A stretch of 63,774 bases of DNA, filler included, from Basidiobolus ranarum (lineage: Eukaryota), in NCBI GenBank assembly GCA_040143965.1. It is 21 parts of 21 records of this genome, joined end to end, with 100 filler letters (N's around TTAATTAATTAA, not from the genome) between each part and the next. Parts side by side here need not be neighbours in the genome. Positions count along the whole stretch, not along the records: positions 48,712 to 51,646 come from JASJQH010002851.1; positions 51,747 to 54,680 come from JASJQH010002852.1; positions 54,781 to 57,713 come from JASJQH010002853.1; positions 57,814 to 60,744 come from JASJQH010002854.1; positions 60,845 to 63,774 come from JASJQH010002855.1; 16 more parts are not named here. One strand, 5' to 3'. Position numbers and translations under genes: made by a program. This document shows, one piece after another, positions 49,998 through 60,845 of the stretch; within the stretch, counting starts at the first letter, position 1; each line of letters begins with the position of its first letter. Below the pieces are notes generated by a model. The model searched no databases. It was not told the origin of the DNA and worked only from the letters and a program-made list of their open reading frames with translations.

Positions 49998-50519
49998 CTA
50001 TTGACGACCAGAAACACCACGTTCGTATTCGTTATCGTACTCGTCTTGTTCATATTGACGGCCATAACGAGAGTGGGGATGGTTTTGTCGTCCATTTCTG
50101 CCCGAGACACCGCGTTCGTATTCGTTATCATACTCGTCTTGTTCGTATTGACGACCATAACGAGAGCGAGGATAGTTCTGTTGACCATTTCTGCGAGACA
50201 CACCACGTCCATACTCGCTATTGTACTCGTCTTGCTCGTATTGACGGCCATAGCGGGAGCGAGGATAGTTTTGCTGACCATTTCTGCCAGAGACACCGCG
50301 TTCGTACTCGTTGTCGTATTCGTCTTGTTCGTATTGACGGCCATAGTGAGAGCGAGGATAGTTTTGTTGATCATTTCTGCCAGAGATACCGCGTTGGTAT
50401 TCGTTATCATACTCATCTTGCTCGTACTGGCGGCCATAGCGAGAGGTATTTTGCTGATCACTTCTGCGAGACAAACCTCTTTCGAAGCGGCTTTGTGATT
50501 GATGTTGGTTAGAAGGCAT
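49998..50519 (-). CDS. Hydrophilic tandem-repeat protein, five 31-aa (93-bp) units, 173 aa
   Basis: Unit RYGRQYEQDEYDNEYERGVSGRNGQQNYPRS. DNA differences between units are mostly synonymous in this frame. TATAAAA lies about 80 nt upstream (50596-50602, minus strand). Confidence 0.88.
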   Translation of the reverse strand: MPSNQHQSQSRFERGLSRRSDQQNTSRYGRQYEQDEYDNEYQRGISGRNDQQNYPRSHYGRQYEQDEYDNEYERGVSGRNGQQNYPRSRYGRQYEQDEYNSEYGRGVSRRNGQQNYPRSRYGRQYEQDEYDNEYERGVSGRNGRQNHPHSRYGRQYEQDEYDNEYERGVSGRQ

Positions 50520-51746
50520 GTTAGAGAATATTGGTTTTACTGGTTATCAAATGAATTAATATTCAAGTGTAGTGATATATTTACTCGCTGCTCGGTTTTA
50601 TAACAAAAAGTGGCTTAGAAGACTGACACGTGAAGGCTAAGCCACCACATTGAAGGATTACTCCTAAAGCAATACGCAATAATTTCAAAATATCATTCGT
50701 ATATTCTGGTATGGATGATTCTATTTCTAATATCTTCCCACTAGTATATAATTGTGTTGCCAGTATCACATCATAACATATGAAGGATTCATGATTAAAC
50801 ACTTTTCGTTAATGATGTGTAACTATATAATATTTAACACTGAATGGGAACGATAGAATTAAAATCCATGTATTTGGAGGTATCCTGCGGTGTATTTCTG
50901 TCAATGCATAGATATCTGATTCAACATATAGGTTCAGGTAAAGTCTGCACCCGAAAGAACCAATTTCAAATCAACATATGGACCCCTTTATCCTTTAAAC
51001 AACAAAAGCATCTCGGGTTTGCATTAGAAGATTTTATATCATATTCTAGGTTAGTTCTTCATAATGCATCACCAACACTCAATTATCTTTTAGTAAGCCA
51101 TTAATTCACACAATGTCAAAGTGAAGTTGATGAGATATTCTTTGGAGGCCTACTCCAAAATATTAATTTCCGTTTAGCTGATCAAGAGTAGGACTATACA
51201 ACTTGACTTCTATTTACATTTTGAAGGTGGATTAGTATGCCTGTGACACTTCAGCAAATAATGATACTTTAGATCAGTGGTAGTTGAGCTTTGCATCCTC
51301 AAACTCATGAAGCAGATTTGTTTAAAGGCTATAAAACTCTAATATATTGAATATGTTACATAGTTCGATACTGTTAAGAATAAGTAAGCTCATAAGATAT
51401 TGCACCTTTCTTTTAGTTCGTATTATGACTATGCATACTTTTCATTTATACTTTCAGTAGCAAAAAGAACTAGGAAATATCTCGACTATGAATTCATAAG
51501 CAAATATATAACCGGTAGCCTGGGTAGACATATTACAGGTGTAAGAAATCGTCTAGTCTAAATAAGCCCAAGTAACTTGGTATCGGTTGGTATCAGTTGG
51601 ATCAGTTATACACGCTATACAACACCAACTGGAGCATTAGCTCTTCNNNNNNNNNNNNNNNNNNNNNNNNNNNNNNNNNNNNNNNNNNNNTTAATTAATT
51701 AANNNNNNNNNNNNNNNNNNNNNNNNNNNNNNNNNNNNNNNNNNNN

Positions 51747-52433
51747 ATTCTAAGTAAATTCCAATTGAGAATAATTGATAATATCTTAGTGAGCTATAAG
51801 ATAACTAAGTACTAAGCTATATATGACTATATAGGTGTTTAGGCAATGCTAATTTCAGCAAATACAATGGTGGGCTTTGATGGAGATACTGATACAAACT
51901 TGTGTTGGATACAAGCTAAGCCTTGGGTATGAAGAACTCTATATAAATATTGAGAAGAATATATCAAAGAAACTAGGGATTTTGAAGGTGACAAATTAGC
52001 ACACAAATGGTAAATGTGTAAAGCTTAGGTTACATTTTTCACACATGTGTCAATCCATAGTTTTCTGATATTAAAGCCAATCATATGCAACTGTTTTGTG
52101 AGATCTTGAAATTTCACTCCTGTGATTGAAAAAATTGATTAAAATCAAATCTAACTTGACAATTTTATGACAGTTGGTAAACAGTCAACCCAAAATGGGT
52201 TAAAATTGTGATGGCTTTCTTACAAGAATCATCCTCAAATTTCTGTTAGGGAACATGTGGGCCAAGTATGGGGCTTCTTGAAAAATCTATGTATCTCAGA
52301 GCTTCTAAGTTGGTCAAAATATGCCAAGTAAATTCATCTCAAGAATAATGTGTGATATCTCAGTGACATATGGAATAACTAAATACTAAGCTACATATGA
52401 CTCTATAGACATATAAGCTGTGCTTATTTCAAT
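51747..52433. mobile_element. Nest: LTR-1 (51747-51860), repeat B (51861-52251), older LTR-1 fragment (52252-52433)
   Basis: The LTR terminus GCTAATTTCAGCA abuts repeat B, whose CTGTTAGGG end abuts LTR-1 internal sequence AACATGTGGGCCAAG. Confidence 0.85.
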
Positions 52434-53634
52434 AGTAACAAATTCATAATTTTTTGAAACTTTCTACAGCCATACCAGAGGTATGTTGTGAAAAGTCATG
52501 AAATGTTGTATGCAAGGTAAGTTTGAACATCTTTGAGATAATTTGACATTTGTGCAATATCTATAACTCTGAGTGATTGATAAATATCTTACAAAGCTAA
52601 TTTGTAACACTTTGTGTAAGTCTAAAAAAAAATAAAAAGGTGAGTAATTAGGTGGAATACTAATTATGTTCAATAAAAAGCCTCCAAAATACATTAGAGT
52701 TTGCTCACACCCATGTGAGCCATATTCAAATATAAAATATTTTAGTGATTTAAAATTTTCGAATACATGATTTTCCAAATAGGCCGAACCCAATGATCTC
52801 AACCCACATTGCTCAGACTATTTCTACGAATCATATATATCCAATACACGAAAACACTCGTATTGAAGCATTCTGTCACCGGATGAATATAGACTAGCCG
52901 ATCGGCTCGGCCAATTCGGCTATTTAGTGAATAATAAGATTGATTTATCAAATGTTTCAGATAGAGCGCCTACTATGTTCCACTGAAATTCGCCGAATAA
53001 CTAAACTTTTCACTGATGTGTTGTGTAGATCGTTCAACCCCTTAGAAATTCAAACGATTGCTGATATTTTAGCAAAATTCATCGATGCTACCACCAATAC
53101 AAAACATGCTCAATACTTCCTAGCAGCAAATTCTTCATTGTTGCTATCCGTAGATCCGCACTGTAGCAGGCCTTAGAGCCCAAGCAACAGCAATTGGTAG
53201 CAGATTAGTCTTAATCACGATCACCATGTCCATAGCCTGGGTAGGATCGAAGGGATATATTTGGAGAAGTGTATGATAGAGGGTTAGCGTTAAAACAAAA
53301 AAAACAAAAACTGAATGGCTTTTATCTAATCTATTTCCCATATATATCCAAAGCCACCAATCGCTACTAGACTTTTTGGAACATAAGTACCTCATATATT
53401 TACCAAACTGGGTAGGCTTAGGTCTGCTACCAGAGGTGTTATCTTATTGGTGGCAAGATACTTAGGGTTGAGCAAGCACGTATAGCAGAGACTGGAAGTA
53501 ACAATCGAGGTAAATCAGAGATTTGATACAAAAATTACTTTATTGGGAATATATTAGAATTAGTGAATAGGAAGAGACCAGAAATAGCATCCTACTGAAC
53601 GTTAGGAAGAGGCCAGAAATAGCACTGAATGGTA

Positions 53635-54680
53635 CTATTTTTCTTGGAAATTGGACCCGCCAATGTTTTCCTTATCTCTGGCAGTAAGCTCCTCAATACT
53701 CTGGCATTTGGTTTCATGGACAAAGAAGAGAATACCAAAGAAGCCGGCCAAACAGCAGCCGGTGAATATGAGGAAAGTGTAGCCGTGGATGGCACGTGAG
53801 ACAGTAGGAAAGAAGAGACCGATTATAAAGTTGGATAGCCAATTGAAGGCCAGGGCTGTTCCGGAAGTAACGGACACAGCATTGGTTGGCATTAGCTCCG
53901 ACATGATGAGGAAGATAATGGGCCCAAGACCGACCGCAAAGAACGCGACGAAGATCAAGATGGAGGTAACGGTCAATGCGGTGTTGTGGATCTCCAGACC
54001 AATGCACATGAGAACACAGAAGATGGCTGAACCCCCACTTGAAACGAGCAGAAGGAACTTTCTCCCCACGCGATCAATCAGAAGAATTGAGATGATGCTC
54101 ATGAACACGTTAAGTCCGCCAAGGCCGAGGGTAACATACTTGGCCTTTTCCCCGTAAATACTCCTGAAAATCGAGGTTGAGTAGTACATGATTCCATTGA
54201 TGCCTGACCATTGTTGGAGGGCCCCAAGACCGACGCAGACAAAGAAGTTCGTTCTACAGTGCGGATCCCGAATGATTTCCATCAGGCCTAAGTTCCGTGC
54301 CGATCCTTTGGCCTCCTCACGGGCCTTTACAATTTGTTGAAATTCATCCTCAACATCACGGTTGTTTCGCAGCTTAAGCAGTACCGACCTGGCTTCATCC
54401 AGGCGCCCCTTGGAAACCAGGTAGCGGGGGGTCTCCACGCAGAGAGGAATCAGCAGCATCTGGACAATACTGAACGCGCCTGGCAAACTAAGAAGCACTC
54501 TCCAGCCTATTGGAGTGGACATTCCCAGGCTCATACTCTCTACAACAAGCATGCCGACGGTAGTCAAGAATTGATTGAAGGCTCCGTAAGTGCCGCGGGT
54601 CTTGATTGGTGAGATCTCTCCAATATAGGTCGGTGCTACTACTGTACCGAAACCGCACCCAAATCCGATAAATCCACGAC
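53635..54680 (-). CDS. MFS sugar porter (GLUT-like), 5'-partial
   Basis: Motifs YIGEISP..RG, ETPRYL, QQWSGINGIMYYS, DRVGRK, GLGPI, NW and ETK. Confidence 0.95.
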
Positions 54681-54780
54681 NNNNNNNNNNNNNNNNNNNN
54701 NNNNNNNNNNNNNNNNNNNNNNNNTTAATTAATTAANNNNNNNNNNNNNNNNNNNNNNNNNNNNNNNNNNNNNNNNNNNN

Positions 54781-57071
54781 GATACAAGAGTTGCATATAT
54801 TCTGATTGCCCTCGTAAATATTTTTGATCGCCTTTTTCTCATGCTCAGTCTTCTTTATAGCTGTCTCCACTTGGCACATGCGTTCACGAAATTTCTTTTC
54901 AAGGTTTTCCTTCTCCTGGCATGCGGCTTCAATCTTTTGCTTAGCTAAGCGTTCGATAGCATGAAGTTCACGATCGGTGGCTTCAATTTTTTCCTGAGTG
55001 AGTTTTTCAATGACATGAGTCTCTTCAGCTAATCGTGCACGATTGTTTCGATTAGCTCTAGAGGCGGTCTCCTCCCGCGCAGCTTGCATCTCGGCTCGGG
55101 CATTGGCAATTGTGGTTTGAGCTTGTGCTAAAGCTTGGTGCCTTATGCTCTTCCACTCAGCCTCCTGTCTAAGGATACGACTATCCACGTTTTTCTTTTC
55201 TTGTTTGAGCCTTGAACAATCGTCTTTGAGATGTCTCTCCCTCTCAGCTAACCGCTCTTGCGCTTCCTCCAATATCTTCTTTTGCTTCTCTTTGGGGGAG
55301 TTTTGAGATTTATGAAAAACCGATTGGATATCAACACTGATGGTCGCGTCAATCGGGGATAAGGGTTTTGCTCCTGGCTTTTTGGTCATAGTAGTGCGAC
55401 GTTTGGGATTTCTTAGCTCCTCCATAAACAGATTCATATACTGACCGTTGCCCTCTATTGAGCTATCCTTTGCCATCAAGATATTGAAATAAAGATGAAT
55501 GAATTGCTCACTTCGCTCCAATCTCTTGCTCATCCGTTGCACTTGTCGCTCTATCAACTCGATTCCTTTATCTGATCTTCTTTTCTCACTCTCTATTTTA
55601 GCTTTCTGAGCAATAAGTCGACTTTGAACCTCCAATGACATTGGGGGCTTGGAAGATAACGAAATCGACATTGCTTCTACGCACTGGGTTAATTCGTCTG
55701 GACTAGGATCGGAAGGATTTGTTGCTCTATTGAAGGGGAACATTCCTACTTGTTTAGATTCTTCCATACTGAGAAGCTCCATCTTGGCCAAGATCAAATT
55801 ATCGTTTACATTTCTCGCCTTAATAATCAAATGTATTACCTCAGCATTTCTATTTCCGAATTCTGATTCCAATTGATAACGTTGTTCAGATAAATGGATC
55901 ATATCAGCGGTAAGTTTCTCGAAATTCATATCTGGTTGGGATTCTTCTACCGAATGAATCTCCGTTTGAAGTAAACGAATTTTAACTTTAAGTTGTTCAA
56001 TCTCTTCCCATTCTTTTTCCGAAGTATTCAAGTAGTGAAGTTCTTTAGAGATGGTGCAATTGTTAGAATTTACTTCATCTGACTTATTTGTACCACTTTT
56101 TTCTTCCTCAAGTTGAATAAGGTTGATTTCATTCGGATCCATTGACTCGGGGTTAGAATCAAGGTGAAGGTTAACCCATTTATCAACATTCGATGTATAC
56201 TTCCCCCTAAAATGGGAACCATCATCGGGTGGTTCTTTACTTGGAGATAATGAAACTAATTTAGAAAAGAATTCCCGAGTTAAAAACCAAAAATGAGAGT
56301 AAGAATGGAAATAGAATGGAATGTATTATTAACCTTCTACTTGGTTTTGTGGCTGTATGCTTACTGAAGTTAAGGAAACTGGTTCTTTGGGGTTTTCCTT
56401 ATCGATAGGTCGCTTGGAAAAAGTTAATATAGGTATGTTATATCTTGGAGAGTCCGTAAGTGTCTCCGATATCTCTCGGTTAGCTATTAAAATTTCCGGA
56501 TAAAAATTGGAAGGTAGAGTGGTTGGTAGTTCACTGGAGGAAAGATACAAGTCTAAGAAATGCACGAACAGCAAAAATTCCGGTAGACTAAGATGGCCAC
56601 TAGAATTGATATCACACAATGACCTATAAAAGAAAAGTGAGGTTATAAAAAGTGACTTGAAACTATCTAAAGAACTTGGACTGACCATAAATGAGTGAAA
56701 ATGCCTTGTGGCAAACCCAAGTACGAAAATAAATCGTATGTTGTTTGACCTAAAAAATACAATGAGATAAGTGGCCTGTTTCAAGAGAAATAGCAAGACC
56801 AAAAGTGAAGTACTTGAAAGTTGAGTGTTAGGGTCGGCCTTTTGATAATATATTTGAAGATACTTCTGGTACTTTTCCTCGCTTAAGAAAGGAAATTTCT
56901 CTGTGATAATAGCAACTTGGCATTAGACTAGAAGCTTGGGATGACAATTGTGTTCCCAGTTAAAGAAAGAAACGTACTGTAAATATCCACAGAAGTAGCC
57001 ACTGCCGATGTGTCAGCATACCGTGAATTGGAGGGCTCAGTGGAAAAGTGTAACTTATTGGAATAGTACAT
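54781..57071 (-). CDS. EH-domain plus long coiled-coil protein (Ede1/Eps15/Pan1-like), multi-exon, 3'-partial
   Basis: Short exons splice to EKFPFLSEEKYQKYLQIY...LGLPQGIFTHLWSLCDINSSGHLSLPEFLLFVHF (EH fold). A long Glu/Lys/Gln/Arg-rich heptad exon follows to the contig end. Confidence 0.7.
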
Positions 57072-57884
57072 ATTTAAGTACTTTGCCCAATGAAATGTAT
57101 AAGATGAGCAATTCAAAGGTGGTAAAGAAAGTATAGGAAGTGGAGTGTGTAGTATTGATAGAAGACAAGTGCGCTCGTAGTATGCACGGTGTCAGAGAGG
57201 ATGGTATTACAAAGCTGAAGGAAGCAATTATGATTAACATGCTCAATGAGAAAAAAAGTGTAAGAATAATCCATAACCATTAATTGGCATCTGCACTTGG
57301 TAAAACCGTATTATCTCATTATCATGTCATATCAACTTCCTCTCTGGGAATCTGCACATCAAGTTGAGATCTTTCTGGGCAGGTTCGAGATGACCTCTGT
57401 ATAATGAGTTTTACAAATGCTTAGAATTATATGACAGAATCGGGAGACACGATGAATGACAGTCATGTTACCAGTCCTACACCAAGAGAAATCGGGCTTT
57501 TTGGGTAACATGGCTCCATAGGTTACCATTATTGAGCAACCAGGTATGGCCCGTGAATTAACGGCGGCAATAGTAATCTATCCAGGTGATTTGCTGTCAA
57601 TGTTTGACCATGCACCATAATTGATCTCTATTTTTCCATATAGAAGTGGCCAAATCCACTTTCATTATTTGCTAATTTCCGCAGCCCCAATCAAACACGC
57701 CAACTTGCGAATANNNNNNNNNNNNNNNNNNNNNNNNNNNNNNNNNNNNNNNNNNNNTTAATTAATTAANNNNNNNNNNNNNNNNNNNNNNNNNNNNNNN
57801 NNNNNNNNNNNNNCTAAAGAGTAATACAGTCTCATTTGCAACGAGACAACTTTGGTTTGTTAAGTATACTTTGATAGCCTCATC

Positions 57885-58223
57885 ATGATTATCCCAGTTA
57901 GATGCTTCACATGTGGCAAGGTCATTGGTAACAAATGGGACAACTACCTTAGTTTATTGCAATCGGATTATACTGAAGGGTAAATATACTTTCTCACTAT
58001 TGCTCCAATATGGAATGTTGATTAATCCCTATGTGTAGAGAGGCCATGGATGCTCTTGGTTTAAAAAGATACTGCTGCAGAAGAATGGTCCTTACTCATG
58101 TAGATCTCATCGAGAAGTTATTGCACTACAATCGTAAGTTTGCTTCTTCTATGTTGAATTTATGCAAGTATACCTTTACTTACCTATTGGTTATTATCAG
58201 CACTTGAACGTAGTCGCCGTTAA
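57885..58223 (+). CDS. RPB10: DNA-directed RNA polymerases I/II/III subunit RPABC5; exons 57885-57979, 58039-58133, 58201-58223
   Basis: [18 protein letters not shown]...[33 protein letters not shown], with canonical GT-AG introns. Confidence 0.98.
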
Positions 58224-58585
58224 ATGGTTGGAGTTTTGTCGTTGCTATTCGACTTGTCCCAAAATATACATTCACCAACACTTTAATTTCTCTTCAACAT
58301 GCCTCTGTGACTCACAGATTTCACGGAATAGACCTATAGAATAAAAATATGTAATATTATTTCATGAGCAGCTAATGGTTGGCTTCAGACGCGATTTTTA
58401 TTGGTATTCATACACTTGACAATCCCATATGGCTTGGATGTTTTCTTGTTTCAATTATAAGAGCATTCACATGGATTCCACCAAAAATAGTGCATATAAT
58501 ATAAGTAAGATTCGTTGCTTTCAAGTAATGGTTGAAAGTTGGTGTTGGTACTTTTTCGGTTTATTTTAATAGAAGTTGAGGGCAA

Positions 58586-59170
58586 CTAAGCGATCAAAAC
58601 CTTTAAAGTTTGTTCCAAGTCCCCAGCGTTATCACGTAGATGTTTCTCAGCCACTTGCTTGGATAAATCGAACTCTTTCATCTAAAATATCAAAGAATGG
58701 TTAATATTGGTATTACTACTTCATGTAATATACCAAGGAATACAATAAACATACAATAAGTTCCACGTTTTCTTTAGGAAGAGCGATCTTTTCTTGCTCA
58801 GATCTACGAAAACAAAAGTGAAAGAATGATTTAATACATTTCCAAAGTTGATCTTAAGAATATAGTTTACTTGAGTGAGGCTTCGTCCTTCTGTTTCTTA
58901 TTAACAGCACTTAAGGAGGAGACGATCTAAATATACCAAGGTAAATAGTCCATTTTTTTCTCGGATACGTACAAGTAACTAATATTTTACCTCGTCAAGC
59001 TTTTTCTTATCAAGGCCGGTATCGAAATCAGCAATATACTTGCTTACATTTTGCATATCTTTAGTGGCTTGTCCAGAAGCACCTTTTTGGTCTTCTAATT
59101 CTTCTTCATCCTCACCATTGCCTGCTTTTTTAGGCTCTTGTGTAGGTTTTTCTTCGTTAGTTGGGGCCAT
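58586..59170 (-). CDS. HYPK-like protein (NatA regulator, C-terminal UBA-like domain), 4 exons
   Basis: The spliced C-terminus IALPKENVELIMKEFDLSKQVAEKHLRDNAGDLEQTLKVLIA* matches the HYPK UBA pattern. The N-terminus is charged. Confidence 0.8.
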
Positions 59171-59564
59171 CTTTTTTTTACCGTAACCAAAGGATAGAAT
59201 GCGTCAACGACAATAGAGGATAAGTAATTACTCTCTAAATTTCACTGATTCTAATTGGAGTTTTTTTTTGTTATCACTTTTTGATTAATTTTGGCAAACA
59301 TTTTTTATGAATGAAGTTAATTTATTAATTGGTTAAAAATGAGCATTATTTCTATGTGTTGAGGGATAATTTAAACCATTTGCGAGCCATTACATGTGAC
59401 AAACACCAAGTATTAGTTGGTTTCATCTAGTATTTCGGGTAAATAGAGGGAAGAAGTAGGGGAAACAAATAGTGATTTAATATTTGTTGACGGAGAAATC
59501 TACTCATTCCCTAGTCTAGTATAAAAGGGACTCCCACTGAGTTTTGTATAGCATTCATGTTTAT

Positions 59565-59864
59565 ATGATGTTGATGCACTCTGTATTAACTTTTGCACTA
59601 CTTTTGGCAAGCTTTGGTGTTATCCATGGCTTTGCTATCCCACAAGAACAATCGATTCCCTCACGTACTGTTCCATGGAGAGTCACAGCTGATCAAGCAC
59701 CATTAGATTGGGTGGACGACGATGGTGGAAGCAATTGTGATCTAGCTGGAAGTTATGAATCACTTGGTGCGACTAGTAAGGATGTATTTGGTAGCAGTGA
59801 GGATATCCCATATGAAAGCTCAACTGGCAATGATAATAATATCTATGATATCACATATCCTTGA
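59565..59864 (+). CDS. Small secreted acidic protein of unknown function
   Basis: TATAAAA near 59520. Signal peptide MMLMHSVLTFALLLASFGVIHG. The mature part is Asp/Ser/Gly-rich. Confidence 0.55.
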   Translation: MMLMHSVLTFALLLASFGVIHGFAIPQEQSIPSRTVPWRVTADQAPLDWVDDDGGSNCDLAGSYESLGATSKDVFGSSEDIPYESSTGNDNNIYDITYP

Positions 59865-60137
59865 GGAATCTCAGTTGTTCTGCCGAAGATTTCCATGATT
59901 TCCGTTATTGGGACCTAAATTTATGATTATACCTTGGTATATATTCTCTTTTGTTGATAGTTTGAGTTATACCAGTATTCACCTGAATTTCTATATTACT
60001 ATCTTATATTCTCTCTCTCTCTATATATAATAAATCAAGTTATCCAAGTTTTAGATCATTTATTTACATTCATTGCTCTCTAACAAGTTTACCCACCCAC
60101 CACTTGAGGTATTAGTATGGTGGACTTGGAGGCCGAT

Positions 60138-60744
60138 TTACTCCCCATGTTTCAAGACGCGAACGAATTCTCGATAATTAAAGTTATTGTGATGATCTAC
60201 GAATGGTCCTTTGTACATGATATCCACCTAGAGAGAAGATGGTTAGTAACTGATTTCAACTAAGTTACAATATTTAATTTACCTCTTCATCAGTAAACCG
60301 ATCTCCTATAGAAGTGAGAAATTCTCTAAGGTCATCGGCATTAATATAACCGGAGTTATTATCATCGAAGCAAGAGAAGGCCATCAATATATCATGTTCA
60401 GGGTCGGTGCCACTTAATTTCTCTCCCATCAAAGTAAGGAACATGGTAAAATTGATACTTCCTGGTGCTTCATTGATCATATCTTCGATGTCTTGATCAG
60501 AATGGGTTTGTCCTAAGGAGATTGAATGAGCATAAGCGTTATGACATTCACTATATATTCTACCAGTTTACAAAGGTAGTACAAAAAGCAATACTGTGAG
60601 TTTAACATACCAAGGTGAAATAGCATATCCTTTAAATCCTCTTTATCAATGAACCCATCAGAGTCATGGTCAATCATAGAGAACGCCTCTTTGAACTCGG
60701 CTATCTGTTTTTGGTCGAAGATGGCGAATACGTTGGAGTTCTGA
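60138..60744 (-). CDS. Myosin regulatory light chain (EF-hand), 5'-partial, at least 3 exons
   Basis: Motifs [68 protein letters not shown] and F.RVLKHG. Confidence 0.95.
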
Positions 60745-60845
60745 NNNNNNNNNNNNNNNNNNNNNNNNNNNNNNNNNNNNNNNNNNNNTTAATTAATTAA
60801 NNNNNNNNNNNNNNNNNNNNNNNNNNNNNNNNNNNNNNNNNNNNC

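Noticed and set aside
49955-50498. Alternative-frame and antisense hydrophobic repeat ORFs over the 93-bp repeats
   Set aside because: These frames vary at the amino-acid level between units, while the Tyr/Arg frame is conserved.
52895-52922. GC-rich imperfect palindrome TAGCCGATCGGCTCGGCCAATTCGGCTA
   Set aside because: A single short hairpin with no second copy or context to support a function.
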